Position numbers and translations under genes: made by a program
Notes under the pieces: model-generated
What the model saw: the letters and a program-made list of their open reading frames with translations, nothing else
Databases searched by the model: none
Told to the model about the DNA's origin: nothing
Source of the DNA: Spirogloea muscicola
Lineage: Eukaryota
DNA: 48,019 nucleotides
Direction: 5' to 3'
Assembly: GCA_009602725.1 (NCBI GenBank)
Contig: WELB01000025.1
Coordinates: forward strand, 911,853 to 959,871
Shown here: piece after piece, positions 1 to 12,368 of the stretch
Layout: every line of letters begins with the position of its first letter
Numbering within the stretch: the first letter of the stretch is position 1

Positions 1-92
1 GCGGCGCCGAGGAGCGACCCAGCTGCCGCCGCCTGGCCCAGCCGCGTCAGCCGAGTAGCGCGGCGAGCTCTCAGGAGCTGCCATCGGCCGTC

Positions 93-3000
93 ATGGCGGC
101 GGCGGCGGCGGCGGCATCCCCGGAGTCGGCTGCGGCGGCGCCCTGGGCGCTGCGCGAGGAGGTCGTGCGCGAGCTCTGCGGCCTGCTGGCGTCGTACCTG
201 CAGCCGGGCGTGGACCAGGGCGCCATCGTGGCGCAGCTCCAGCGCGCCGCCGCGCTGCCCGACTTCCCCTCCTACCTCGCCTTCGTCCTCACCCGCGCCG
301 AGGTCCGCCGCCATTTATTGCCATTGCCGCCGCCGCCGGCAGCGCCGCTTCAGGGGTGCCGCCTTGCTGCCATGGAGCTAAGACTCGGCGGCCCCAATCG
401 AGCGGCGCAGGGCCAGGCGGTGGAGGTGCGGCAGGCCGCGGGGCTGCTGCTCAAGAACCACCTCAAGTCCGCGGCCGGCCTCGAGCCGGCGGCGCTGGCG
501 CACGTCAAGGCGGAGCTGCTGCCGGCCATCGGCGTGCCCGACCGCCGGCTGCGCGCCACCGTTGGCACCGTCGTGTCCACGCTCCTGGAGCAGGGCGGCG
601 GCGGCGCCGCCTGGCCCCAGGCGCTCGAGGCCTTCGCCGCCTGCCTGGACTCGGGCGACTACAATCACATGGAGGGCGCGCTGGACGCCCTCTCCAAGGT
701 GCCGCTCGCGCCGCTGCCGGCTCAGCGGCAGCCCGGCAGACGTCCTCACGGACCGGCGCTGAGTGGGGGGACGCTCGCACGGCTGCCGCAGGTCTGCGAG
801 GATATGCCCACTCAGCTTGACGCGGACGTCGAGGGCCTACCCGACCGCCCCGTCAACGCCTTCTTCCCGCGCTTCCTCCAGGTCCGGCTCCTGGCGCCGG
901 CCGAGCGCCATGCTCCTGCCATGGCGGGTTTCAAGTGCCAGTTATATGCTGCGAGCCCTCCAACTGTGACATCAAACTAAGTGCTGCTCGAGGATCCTCA
1001 CGGCGAGATTCAAGCTGAGAGAGGGCTGAGCGCTCCACATATCCGCATGGCCATGGCAGATTTTTGGGTCGCCACATGCGACACTGCGGCGGCTTGCCGT
1101 CAAGTGCACCAAGGAGTTCATACCGAGCATGCCCCAGGTCGGTGGCTGCAACCTTCGCGGCACTGAGTCCGTCATGGCAGAAGCCTCTTGTTGTCGTGCC
1201 CATCAAGGGAGTCACATCAATCCATGCTTGACTCCCACGTACAATGCAAGCTGGCAGCATCGTCTGACTGCTGTGGGCGATGCACGTGGTCCTGCACAGG
1301 CGCTCACCGCAAACAAGGACGCCTTCCTCCAGGGCCTCTTCGCACTCGCCAACGATCCCTCTGCAGATGTTCGCAAGCTGGTGAGAGAGACACCCACCTC
1401 TGCTCAGCGACTCTGCCGTTGCTGCAAGTGCATCAGAAGTCTGCTCTTGTGCTGGCTCGTGGATGGAAGTGGTCGGCTGAAGCGCATCAGAGCACGGGGC
1501 TCGCTCGCATTGACTTTGGGAGGTGCCGAGCGCCGCCTGCAGGTGTGCGCGTCGTTGGTGCAGCTGCTTGAGATCCAGGCTAGCCTCCTCGAGGTATGTC
1601 ATGCCAGTTCTTGGCTGTTGCTCCCGAAGGCGAGCAGGTCATACTGCTCTGCCGCCTTAACGGTCCACAAAGGCTTTGCCGGACTGGACTGGAGCGCCAG
1701 TCGTCATTGCGCTGAGCTGCTGACTGACCGGGCCCAGTGCAAAGCCTTTTGCCAGCGGAAACAGTCACTTTCAATCATTGAGGACGGAAATTAGAAGGAG
1801 CTACTGCTGTACATGTGTTGCTGACAATCTTGGTTTGCTGGTCGCAGCCGCACATGAAGAACGTGGCGGAGTACATGCTGCGGGCCTCGCAGGACCCCTC
1901 TTCGGAAGTTGCTCTGGAGGCGAGCGAGTTCTGGTGCGCTTGGGAACTCTGAAGCTTGTCATTAGCACCTGCCACTGCCATCCTCTTGAGACGGAGATCC
2001 TACTCGGCAGTAAAACCCGTCATTGTGAGCCTCGCGGGACATGGTCGACCAAAGTGGTAGGCCGCCAGTAATGTGTAGCCTGCCGCCGAGGCTAAGTGTC
2101 ATGCGGTGGGCAAGCTGCGGCGGGTCTCCAGGGCAGCATACTGCAAGAGCGATCAGCCGCAGGAGCTGCTGCGTGACTTTCTCCCGCGTCTCATTGCGGT
2201 ACGCACGTACGACTCACCAATGCTTTCTCTGTTAACCTCAGGTCCACAGTGGGAGTGCCATACTCTGATGCAGGCTTGCAATATCTCACCTAGTCAGGTT
2301 GTTGTGGTATGCTATCTTGTGTGAGCTTTCAGCAGCTGTTCTGAGATACCCGGTTCATGATAGCCATAACTCACTGGCTGCATGATTTACTGGCTGCCTT
2401 GTCCTCACACTTACATTGATGTGCAGGTGCTGCTGACTAACATGGTCTATGATGAAGATGACGAGGCTGTCCTTGAAGCAGAGGTAAGGCCCATGAGGAT
2501 GATACGTCTCCCCCTGTTGTTGAGGAGGTCTTGCTCTTGCAGGAGTTCTTGCTATCTTGTATGCAGTACACATTCACGCTGTGCTCAAGCAGGCTGAGAG
2601 TTTCTGGGTTAGGGACTACATGTGTTATAGGGGTCTACAGGTCAGGCTTTGCTGGGCCAAGTATGGGGATGTCAACATGTCATCACCGTTGGCTTAGTGT
2701 CCGCGTGCAATTGTTGAGCTCCTTAGCAACTGAGGCGGCCCTTCCTTGATGTTCTGCAGGAGGATGAATCTGCACCTGATCGAGATCAGGTATGCTGCAG
2801 CTTGCAGCGTGTCGCTGATTCGCCGATACAGCTTGCTTTAATTTTTCAGGCCCATTTGCATGGAGGCCTTTACTGCCCAGTCTACTTGCTCCATAAATTG
2901 AATTCCACTTGTATTCTGAAAGGAGCAGTTTGCTACGTTGCTTGGTGCAGGACCTGAAGCCTCGCTTTTACACGCCAAAAGTGCATGGCGCAGATGCAGC

Positions 3001-6000
3001 AGAGGAAGATGAGGTCAGCTATCAACCAGCTCGCAAGCATTTCGAGTTAGAGCCGGCTATAGCCAAAAATCTGCTGAAATGAAGCAGAGTCCCAGACAAA
3101 TGCGTTTTAGCTCGTTGTGCATAGCTGATGCAATGCTCAAAAGCATGGGGTGATTTCGTTAATTTGACTTTGACTGATCAAAGTGGTGTGGTTAGAAGCT
3201 CAGCCATACTTTGTCATTATCCTCCTCGATGCAGGATGATGGCGAGATTATTAGTGCCTGGAACCTGCGCAAGTGCAGTGCCGCGGGTCTGGACATCCTC
3301 TCCCTCGTGCTCAATGATGAGCTCCTACCGCACGTCATGCCCCTTGTGCAGGCATGCCCGCCTGTGCTTGCTCATGCCTTCATCATAGCTGCTGGCTAGC
3401 TTGTTGTGGGACTTGCGTGTTGATGCATGTAGTTTCGAAACCAGAGGATGATCAGCACGATAGGCAGTAAGGTCGCACTTTTCCTACTGGCCTTGGCGAT
3501 CTGGACAAATGAAGGAGAGTGTCTGCTGACAAATAGAGGAGCTGTGGCTCTCGCAGACTCGGTTGACGATCGCAGGCGACAGTGCGTGGAAAGAAAGGGA
3601 AGCGGCGGTCCTGGCACTGGGCGCCATTGCCGAGGGGTGCATCAATGGCCTCCTGCCGGTCTTACCACAGGTCTGGCAGTCTGTCTGAGGAGGCACAAAC
3701 ATAATGTGTTCGCTATTTTTCCACTTTGGCTTGTTGGGTATAATCGACAAGTTTGTCGCCAATTATACTGCACCAATCGCTCCTCTGCTGTCCCTTCTTG
3801 CGGCTTATTGCTCTATTTATCTGTGCTGGAGATTAGTGGCCTGCGTCAGGAGCTTATCTGTATGTTGGTACTGAGCTCATGCAGCTTGTGACATTTCTGC
3901 TGCCATTGTTGGAGGACAAGCACCCTCTCGTGCGGAGTATCACGTGCTGGACATTATCACGATACGCCAAGTTTATCATCCAGGTCGACCCGAGGCCCCG
4001 CCCATATACGTGTATTAACGAAATTGACGTGCCTCCGTTGGTGGTTGAGGACGAGTTAGCACTGTATATAATATGTCCTGACTACAGACCCTATATCTGA
4101 CCCATGAAATTATGATGTGGGTCCAATGGTTTTATTCTCAGCCCCCAGAGCCGTGATAGATTCACTTCCTAAACCCCTACGCATGACTAAGTCTCTCAAG
4201 CCCTGCCCCCTACTGTAGTTGGACCAACTGCAGCCTTCTGATGTGCAGGGAGAGCAGCAAGTTGGCAGTCAGGGACAGTTTGACAGCCTCCTCAGTGGCA
4301 TCCTGAAGCGCATCTTGGATTCCAATAAGTGCGTCCAGGAGGCCGCCTGCTCCGCGTTTGCCACCTTGGAGGAGGTATCTGACACGTTTATCTCAACACC
4401 CTCCTCAAGTTGGACTGTGTGCTTCCACCACGACAAATAGTCAGGATCTGAAAGTGAACAACTACATGAGTGATTGTGAATTCTGACAGTCCAAGTCGGC
4501 TAACTCATGCTCGCTTCCTGAGCATCTTCGCGAGCAGGAGGCAGGAGAGCAGTTGATACCAAGGTTGCAGTTGATCCTGCAGCACCTCATGTACGCGTTT
4601 GGCAAGTATCAGGTACGTGGCCAAGGCTTAGGTGATCGCATGCCTTCACATCTTGCAGGAGCGTGCATGCTGAGCGACCTTGTCAACCCTGATTTGCTGC
4701 AGAGGCGGAACCTTCGAGGTCTGTACGACGCACTTGGCGCACTGGCCGAGTCAGTGGGTGGAGAGCTTGCTGAGGTAGGCATCGGCCGAAATAAAACACT
4801 GTATGTTGCTGTACTAAAAATTTGCTGTCTTTATATCGTATTGCATGAAATCATCGTGATTGGTTACATATGATTGTATGATTGTTCACATCATGTTTCA
4901 ATGTCACTTGTTTATGCTCTGCAGCCCCAGTACATGGAGATTTTGATGCCGCCACTAATTGCCAAGTGGCAGCAGCTGTCAGACACTGACAAGGACCTCC
5001 TCCCGCTCCTTGAGTGCTTCGCCTCCTTGGCCCAGGTGACCTTGGGCTGCGGACGGTGTCAGCTGATCAAATGCACAGTCCCACACTTCTGAATAGTACC
5101 TCTCTTTAAATCCTTATAAAAGCTTCTTCCAAGCTTGAAACCGAGCTGTGTATGCTTCCATCTCTTTTTGTCATTGCATCTGGTACAACGGCAGGTTCTG
5201 ATTGTGAGGGTAGACAACTTTATGTACTGGGTTGATGCAGGCTCTGGGGATGGGTTTCGCACAGTATGCAGAGCCTGTCTTTGTGCGCTGCACTAACATC
5301 ATCCGAACCCAGTCTCTTGCCAAGGTGAGCTGCGGACATACTGCCGCTGCTCCGGTTGGATTGTAAATCCAGCTGTCAGCGCTTGCATGAGCGCAGAACA
5401 AGCACCTACATGGGCACCCCAACTGTTCCATCTTGTCATGTGCTGCTAAGTGGTCCGTAGCTTGACTTACGTCATGCCACTTGCTTGTCAGGTGGACAAC
5501 ACTCGGAGTGGAGTTGTATATGACAAGGACTTTGTGATCTGCTCGCTGGACCTGCTCTCAGGCCTGGCCGAAGGCCTTGGCCCCAGCATAGAAAGCCTGG
5601 TCTGTACCAGGCCCCACATCAGGCACAAGTAGCTGTTTGAGTTATACCTTTCTTTCATCAGCTCCAAGAGCTGAGACTGTCGAACTGACAGCTTACCTCA
5701 TATATACATGCAGGTGGGAAGGAGCGACCTGCGTGACCTGCTCCTGCAATGCTGCTCAGACAAGGACGCTGACATTCGACAATCTTCGCTTGCCCTGCTC
5801 GGCGATCTCGCCAAGGTGGGTTGCTTCAGCGTCACAGAGCTCCCTTTGAAGAGAATTTGGTATCTACTTTTGAGTACAGAGTCTACACTTGGGGTTAGAT
5901 AAAGCTTGGGATTGTCACGTGCAAGGGCACAGCAGCACAGCAGCAATTGACAGCATAATGGAGTTGTGCGTAGGCCTGCATGGTGCACTTGGAGCCGCGC

Positions 6001-7624
6001 TTGGATGACTTCCTGGTCGTGGCTCTTGCACAGCTGGTGTGCAGCGCAACCCTCTCTCTGTCAGCTCTTGTTTCTTGGCTGTCATAGAAGCAATGAGGGC
6101 TTGCCCTCTCTATTCAATTGGGCACAGCACCAGCTACTCTTGGGCTGGTCAACCCCATCTTACGGCTTCTGCCTGTCCACAACTATGTTGACATGAATAA
6201 GAGACCCAAGATTGGCTTTCTTGTCTTGTGTATAGTCAGCCCTTGCTTGTGAGTGACTGTGCAGCAACTTACAGATCCGTCAGCGACCAACACCTCTGTG
6301 ACGAATAATGCTTGCTGGGCCATTGGGGAGATGGCTGTCAAGGTCAGCATATAAGAATTATGGACTCTAAGTGCAAGTCTGGCAGAAGTGTTGTGCATGA
6401 GGCAGTAGCTGAGGCACAGGGTGTGGGGCATGGTGGCAGGTGAAGGAGGCTGTGGCGCCTATAGTCCTGTCCACAATCAGCTTCATTGTGACAATCCTCT
6501 CTCAAACACAGGTGTTGCTGCTACTCAGATAGTCAGGGCTGCATGCATCGCTTGAGGTGCATCTGCCGTTTCTCTGATGTACCAAGTCTGTCCTTGGTCA
6601 CATTTGTTAAGTGGAATGTTGCCATTGCCACTTGGTGCAGGGGATGAACAAGTCGCTCATTGAGAACTGTGCTATCACACTTGGGCGCCTGGGTTGGGTC
6701 TGCTCCCAGCTCGTGGCTCCTCACCTGGAGCACTTTGCGCAGCCTTGGTGCCATGCGCTGAGGACGTATGCTTACCATGACCTCAGTGGACCTCGTTTGT
6801 GTGAATATTGGCCACAAGCCTCATCTGGATGTCATACACGAGCTCTGTCAGACTTCTTACTCGGCCTTACTGCATGATGCAGGATACGGGACGACATCGA
6901 GAAGGAAGATGCTTTCCGAGGTCTTTGTGCAGTGGTGAGCCATGCGCTACCTTGCCTGGCTTTGTCATTCCCAGTTCTTGATGGTGAATCTGAAGAGAGG
7001 TTCTGGAGAATGTGAGTTTACTTGTGGAGTATCCTCACAATGAAAATTTGAGTGACACGTGCTAGGGATCCTCAATGCAGGTGCGGTTGAACCCGAGCGG
7101 AGCAGTGCCATCACTTAAGTCCATATGTGAGGCAATAGGCAGTTGGCATGTAAGAACTCTTTCCTCAGGCATCATATTAAGCAGCAGTGTTCTTTCGAGT
7201 GGCTTTGTCCAAGATGGGGACTCTGGCTTGACATTGATCTATGTCATGCCATATGCTGGTTGCAGGAGATACACAGCGAAGAGCTACGAGCCGAGCTGGC
7301 GCAGGTCTTGCAAGGCTTCAAACAGGTTGGCTTCTTTGGACTTCGACATACTCGTTGGTATCTTGCGCTGCTTGTTGTGTAGTTGATTGCTTTCCAGGAT
7401 AGAGACCACGGCCCAATAGACATACTTGTCGATGTTTTCTGCTGCTTTTTACTTTAATGGAAGCTTTTGGCGGTAAGAGGCATGGCCCTACAACTCTGAG
7501 CCTCAATTGAGTATGGCTTGCTGGGATGCCATTGCAGGCACTGCAGGGTCCTTCATGGGACCAGTGCATGGCCAGCCTGGAGCCAGCTCTGCAGAGCAAG
7601 CTATCTCGCAAGTATGGCATCTGA
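93..7624 (+). CDS. TRN1: Transportin-1 (importin beta-2 family, HEAT-repeat nuclear import receptor), 29 coding exons
   Basis: Manually spliced exons: 93-302, 411-698, 792-881, 1060-1137, 1300-1380, 1543-1593, 1848-1933, 2132-2198, 2427-2483, 2760-2789, 2951-3013, 3235-3351, 3557-3670, 3885-3983, 4249-4374, 4538-4612, 4703-4774, 4925-5035, 5241-5324, 5492-5599, 5714-5815, 5974-6036, 6265-6342, 6440-6511, 6641-6765, 6883-6934, 7081-7149, 7266-7325, 7538-7624. They join in frame and give transportin hallmarks: [10 protein letters not shown], acidic loop [101 protein letters not shown]. Stop TGA is at 7622-7624. Confidence 0.96.
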
Positions 7625-8705
7625 CTAATCGGAGCCTCTGCTTTGGAATCCAAAAGTCAGTGGAGGCAACTTGTGGTGATTTCTTCAAGTGATGACTGCG
7701 TCCTCCTCCTCCTCCCTCCTCAATGCCTGGGGGCGGAGCCTGCACCGCTGTGGCACGTTGGTTCACAAGAGGCATTGTGCCTGCCGGTGCCACTTGCTGA
7801 CTCTGCTGCCTTCAGAGCCAATCGGTTCTGCTCATGTTGCCACACTACCATTGCCCTCTTGGACCCAACAAGCCTTTTTGAAGCAGCTTAGCGCACCATC
7901 CTCAGCCATTTGATCACGTGCCTTAGCTTTCTGTGGGTAATCATGGCGAGTGCACGGTCGAGGTCCTCACTCCCGCCGGCTCTTAGTTGCCACCGGGCAG
8001 ACGAGCATCTGGCTGCCCCTGCAGCCTCTCCAGGATAGCCTGCCCCCTCCCTACCCCAATTATTGCTGGCCCCAGCTGACTCCCCGTCAACAACTTGGGC
8101 CCCACAGCTCGCACACGCATTCGTGTCACTGTGGCATAGTCTTTAGCAAACCCATTGTAAACCCATTGTTAGCAAGCACTCTGCTAGCATGTTATTCAGC
8201 GCATCTGCAAACTCACGGCGGGCCCATTAAGGTGACTTGACCATGTCGGCCATCTTTCATCACAGATCAAAGGGCTTTCATGCTCAGAGTTTGGCTCATT
8301 GCCAATCAGGTTCATGCTCGTGCCTTGGATAGAAAAATTTCTGTTAGAAGCTCTGGCTGGGCGGCAGCAGGGAAGCTATTTGATTAGCCAGTACTACATG
8401 CATTTTTTCAGGAGATTCCTTGACCTGCACCAGCTTGCAGAAAGACTATCAGATATGTTAAAGACTGGTGAAACTGTGTCACTGCATTCGGCACCCAAGA
8501 TGACATACTAAGTTACGTAACATTGCTGTGCTCAGAGAGTAAGGTGGTGTCAGAGGGGAACACAGGCCATGACAAGGGCAAGCGACTGCGGCCTGAAATG
8601 AATGCTATACCAAGAGCTGCGCTGGCAGAGGTCTGACGCCGTTACGGGGCTGCGCTTGCCACCATAATGGATAACCCAGGCGGGCATGGCTCCGTCATGA
8701 TCACG

Positions 8706-11700
8706 CTAAGCTAGGAGGAAGTTGAAGATGTCTGTCAAGGAGACAATACCCTCCACGCGCCGGCTGCCAGCTTCCACACATATTAATCGTCGAACACCTG
8801 CGCATCATTGATAAAATATTATGGCTTAGGGTGTGTTCAATATACTGTTATAATTCGAAGCCTTGGGCCAGCCTGCAGTAGCCAGGGATAATGGCTGCGC
8901 CTTGCACCAGGGGTCGCTAGATGATCGATGATGGACCGCAGCGTGTCTGATCGCAGGCACATGTGGCAGCGCGTGCCCAGCTGGCCGGTTGCCCCGCCAA
9001 TCGCATCCTGCCTTATGTGCAGTGCCTGCGTGACGGCCATTGCGGCACCAATCAGTCAACGTGCCTGGGCCCTACTTGCCTAGGCACAGTGGCAGCCACT
9101 ATCCACCAGAGATGACCTCCCAAGGCAACAACTCGTAAAGCACGCATTGAGCACTTTACAACCTGAGCGACGGTGATGTCTTCTAGTTGTAGGCGAGCAT
9201 AGGTCCTATCTCTGGCTAATGCTGTGATGTCACTGGAAATACAACCAAAGCACAATGTTAGTCATTGCCGCAGACTCTTGGTGAAAGAGAGCATGGGAAA
9301 TCCAAAAATGACAGAGACAGCTCTGATGTGCATCTGTCAGTGCACAAGTACCGATGGAGCATGCAAGGACTTGAGCATAAACCATAGAGAGGAGACAGCT
9401 GGTCACCTGCGAGCATAAACATCAGTCAAGGCTCCATTTTCGTCCACCACCGGCAAGGAGCTCACACCAACTGCACCAAGGCCAACACTCCACATTTGAC
9501 TTTGTCGACCAGACAAAGGAGACATCGTCCTGAAGGTACAAGGCAAGTTCGCATCTCTAACCGAGGCACTATCCAGGGCTAAGCTATCCCGCTTGCTGTC
9601 CCAAGAAGGGCATACAGTTGCATGCTAGTCGTTGGTGCCAGTAACTATGTGGGTCCTGCAGGAGGGAGTACTTGCCCTGCAGAAGGAGGGTCAGGGCAGT
9701 GGAGAGAGGGGCGGAGGCTCGCAGAGTGGTGAGCGGCCGCCGGCCCGGCCGGCCCGTGTCGGTGGCCCAGGAGCCGACCGGCAGGGCGCCGAGCGGCTGC
9801 GCCAGCAGGGGCAGAGATCCTGCCACGTGCCGAAAGTGTCTCGCTACGCCTGCAGATGGCGCATGTCCATGACCAAATGAGCAACCGCAGATCCCAGCAG
9901 AAGCTGCATAGCCGAGTCCTGCCAAGGGTCTACAAATGGGCAGTGTCGCTGGTGGTGGTCATTGCATCACATTTTAGAATCCCTGATAGGGAGGCCAGAT
10001 GTAGCAGCTGCGGAGCTCCGCCGTCTGCCGAAGAACGGTGCAGCACGGGCACGGTCGCTACAGCTGCTTGCAGCAGGGCCATGGCCACGTGCCGGAGCGA
10101 GTCGTCTGGCGTCACCTGACAGTCACATAGTCACACACAACATGAAGGCCTCAGCAGTGCAGAAGCAGCATCTACAGGAGCATGCAGATGAATAAGCACA
10201 ATCTGGAGTGATGGCTGTCATCTTACAGAGACGAGCGGCCGGCGGCTTGGCGTGTGGGGTGCATCGTCCTGCCTTGATATGGCAAGCTTCTCCTCTTTCC
10301 ACGCCGCAATAGTGTGTGTCTCCAGCTCCTCCTCGCTCAATGATTGCCCGTTGCTTCTCAGCTGCGAGCATGAAGCCAGGCAGCTCACAACAGATGAACA
10401 GCTGTTACATCCAACAAAGTATACAGTATCAAACGCCGCTTCAGGCCTCCATCCTTTGCATGCTGCATCGTCTGGACAGGGCAACTATTGGTACTGCAGA
10501 CCTGCCGTAGGATGGCAATGAAGTCCGAGGCGCTGAGCATGCCCACAAAGTCCTGCTGTTGCGAGTCCCACAATGGAGCCGCCGGCACTCCCTGCCATGT
10601 CACAGAAAGATAGCCGTCGAAGAGGCGTCGAGGTTGGAGTGCAATTGTGGCCTGCTGTTGGCCTACCTTACTTCAACTGCATCTCCTGCCTTCTTGCATT
10701 TTGCAGCCGGCCTGGTCGGCTTACCTGCTCGTACAATGCGTGGAAGGCCTGCTTCACTGGGAGGTTGACGTCCAGAGCCACAACCTGCGTGAGACATGCG
10801 TTTCCCACCATGAAAGCTAGTTCACGAAAGCCAGCAAATAGAACGATATGTGCTCGTTCAAGCTGGGAAAGTGCACAGGAGCACCTCAAAGGAAATCAAT
10901 GCTGTGAGCTGCACGTTGTTGGCTGCTTGTCACGCAGTACCTTCCCAGACTCCGGAAGCAGCTCGTACGCCGTGTGGCGGTTGAGGTAGTCTGCAATGCG
11001 CTGCTTCGATGCCTCCGCGTCCGCCGCGGAGATCACCTCCGGCATGAGCTGCTGCTGGCCCTGCTGGTGGCCCTGCTGATGTCGAGCAAATGCAGGTCAG
11101 CAGACCTGACAAGCTGTCAGCCCTGATTATGAAATGTGACCAAGCTTGAGTACAGCATGAGTAATGACTACTCAGCGGCTGTACATTGCCACACGGGCAT
11201 GGATGCATGTGAATTTATGAGCGGATTGGAAGAAAGGAAGGGGGCTCGGTCAAGCGTGCCTGGTAGTCCTCATGGCCCGGTGGGCCTGTGGGGTGCGGCT
11301 GGCTGTGGAGCGAGACGTCCATGGGGTCCAGGTCCATGCTGCCGCCGTGCGCGTCGTGCGGGCCACCGCCTGGCGGCCGCCAGGCAAAGCAAATGCGCCG
11401 CCAAGTTCGTCAGCGCAGGTGTAATGGGCTTCTGACTAACCAAAATGGACACTGTGAGCAGCTCATATGGGTCTATCTAATCATGACTTTTGCGGGTCAC
11501 TTAGCAGTGGGTAAAGTACATCATTACATGTGTTTGCAAGGTGGGAAGCTGCATTTAGAGGCCACGGACCATGGGAATGACCGGCCGACGCGACGTCCGG
11601 CGGCGGCGGCGGCAGCAGCAGCGCGGGCTCGGGCTCCTTGACGAGGAGCCAGTTGTTGACGTTGCTCAGCGGGTCGGGCATGAACGACTGGCTCTCGTCG

Positions 11701-11952
11701 TGCCGCCACTCCTGGTCCACGATGAACTTGAACTGCAGGCAGATGATGGCGGTTATGAGCTGCAGTATGGAGCTAATGGGCCGCCAGCAACTCAATGGCA
11801 GCTCAACAATGGCGGCAGAAGTGAAGCCTCTTTCAAGATAGTTATCCTAATTGAGACCTGTTACCTGGTGGTAGCCCGGGGCGAGGTTGCAGACGACGGA
11901 GAAGACGCCCGGGGAGCCCTCCACCTGCGCCATGGGGATGGGCTCCTGCCAC
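8706..11952 (-). CDS. SNF4: SnRK1/AMPK beta-gamma subunit (SNF4/KINbeta-gamma: CBM48 + CBS domains); 5'-partial, first coding exon not visible
   Basis: Minus-strand exons: 11952-11865, 11732-11582, 11369-11260, ~11073-10941, 10784-10725, 10591-10502, 10361-10227, 10115-9971, 9849-9676, 9470-9407, 9232-9163, 9025-8908, 8797-8706. Peptides include [27 protein letters not shown] (CBM48), [78 protein letters not shown] and [30 protein letters not shown]. Confidence 0.95.
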
Positions 11953-12027
11953 CTGGCCATGGCCGTGCCGGCGGGGAGTCAGCGCCGGCCGAGAGCCAAG
12001 GCAGAGCTGGCCGCCGCCAGCATTTGC

Positions 12028-12067
<40 letters not shown>
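12028..12067. repeat. (GCC)n trinucleotide tract
   Basis: About 13 GCC units directly before the N gap. A (GGC)n-rich tract lies on the other side at ~12390-12440. Confidence 0.9.
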
Positions 12068-12068
<1 letters not shown>

Positions 12069-12073
12069 AGCCG

Positions 12074-12368
<295 letters not shown>

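Noticed and set aside
93..980. 295-aa ORF as a complete single-exon gene
   Set aside because: It reads through two in-frame introns (303-410, 699-791) of TRN1 and into a third.
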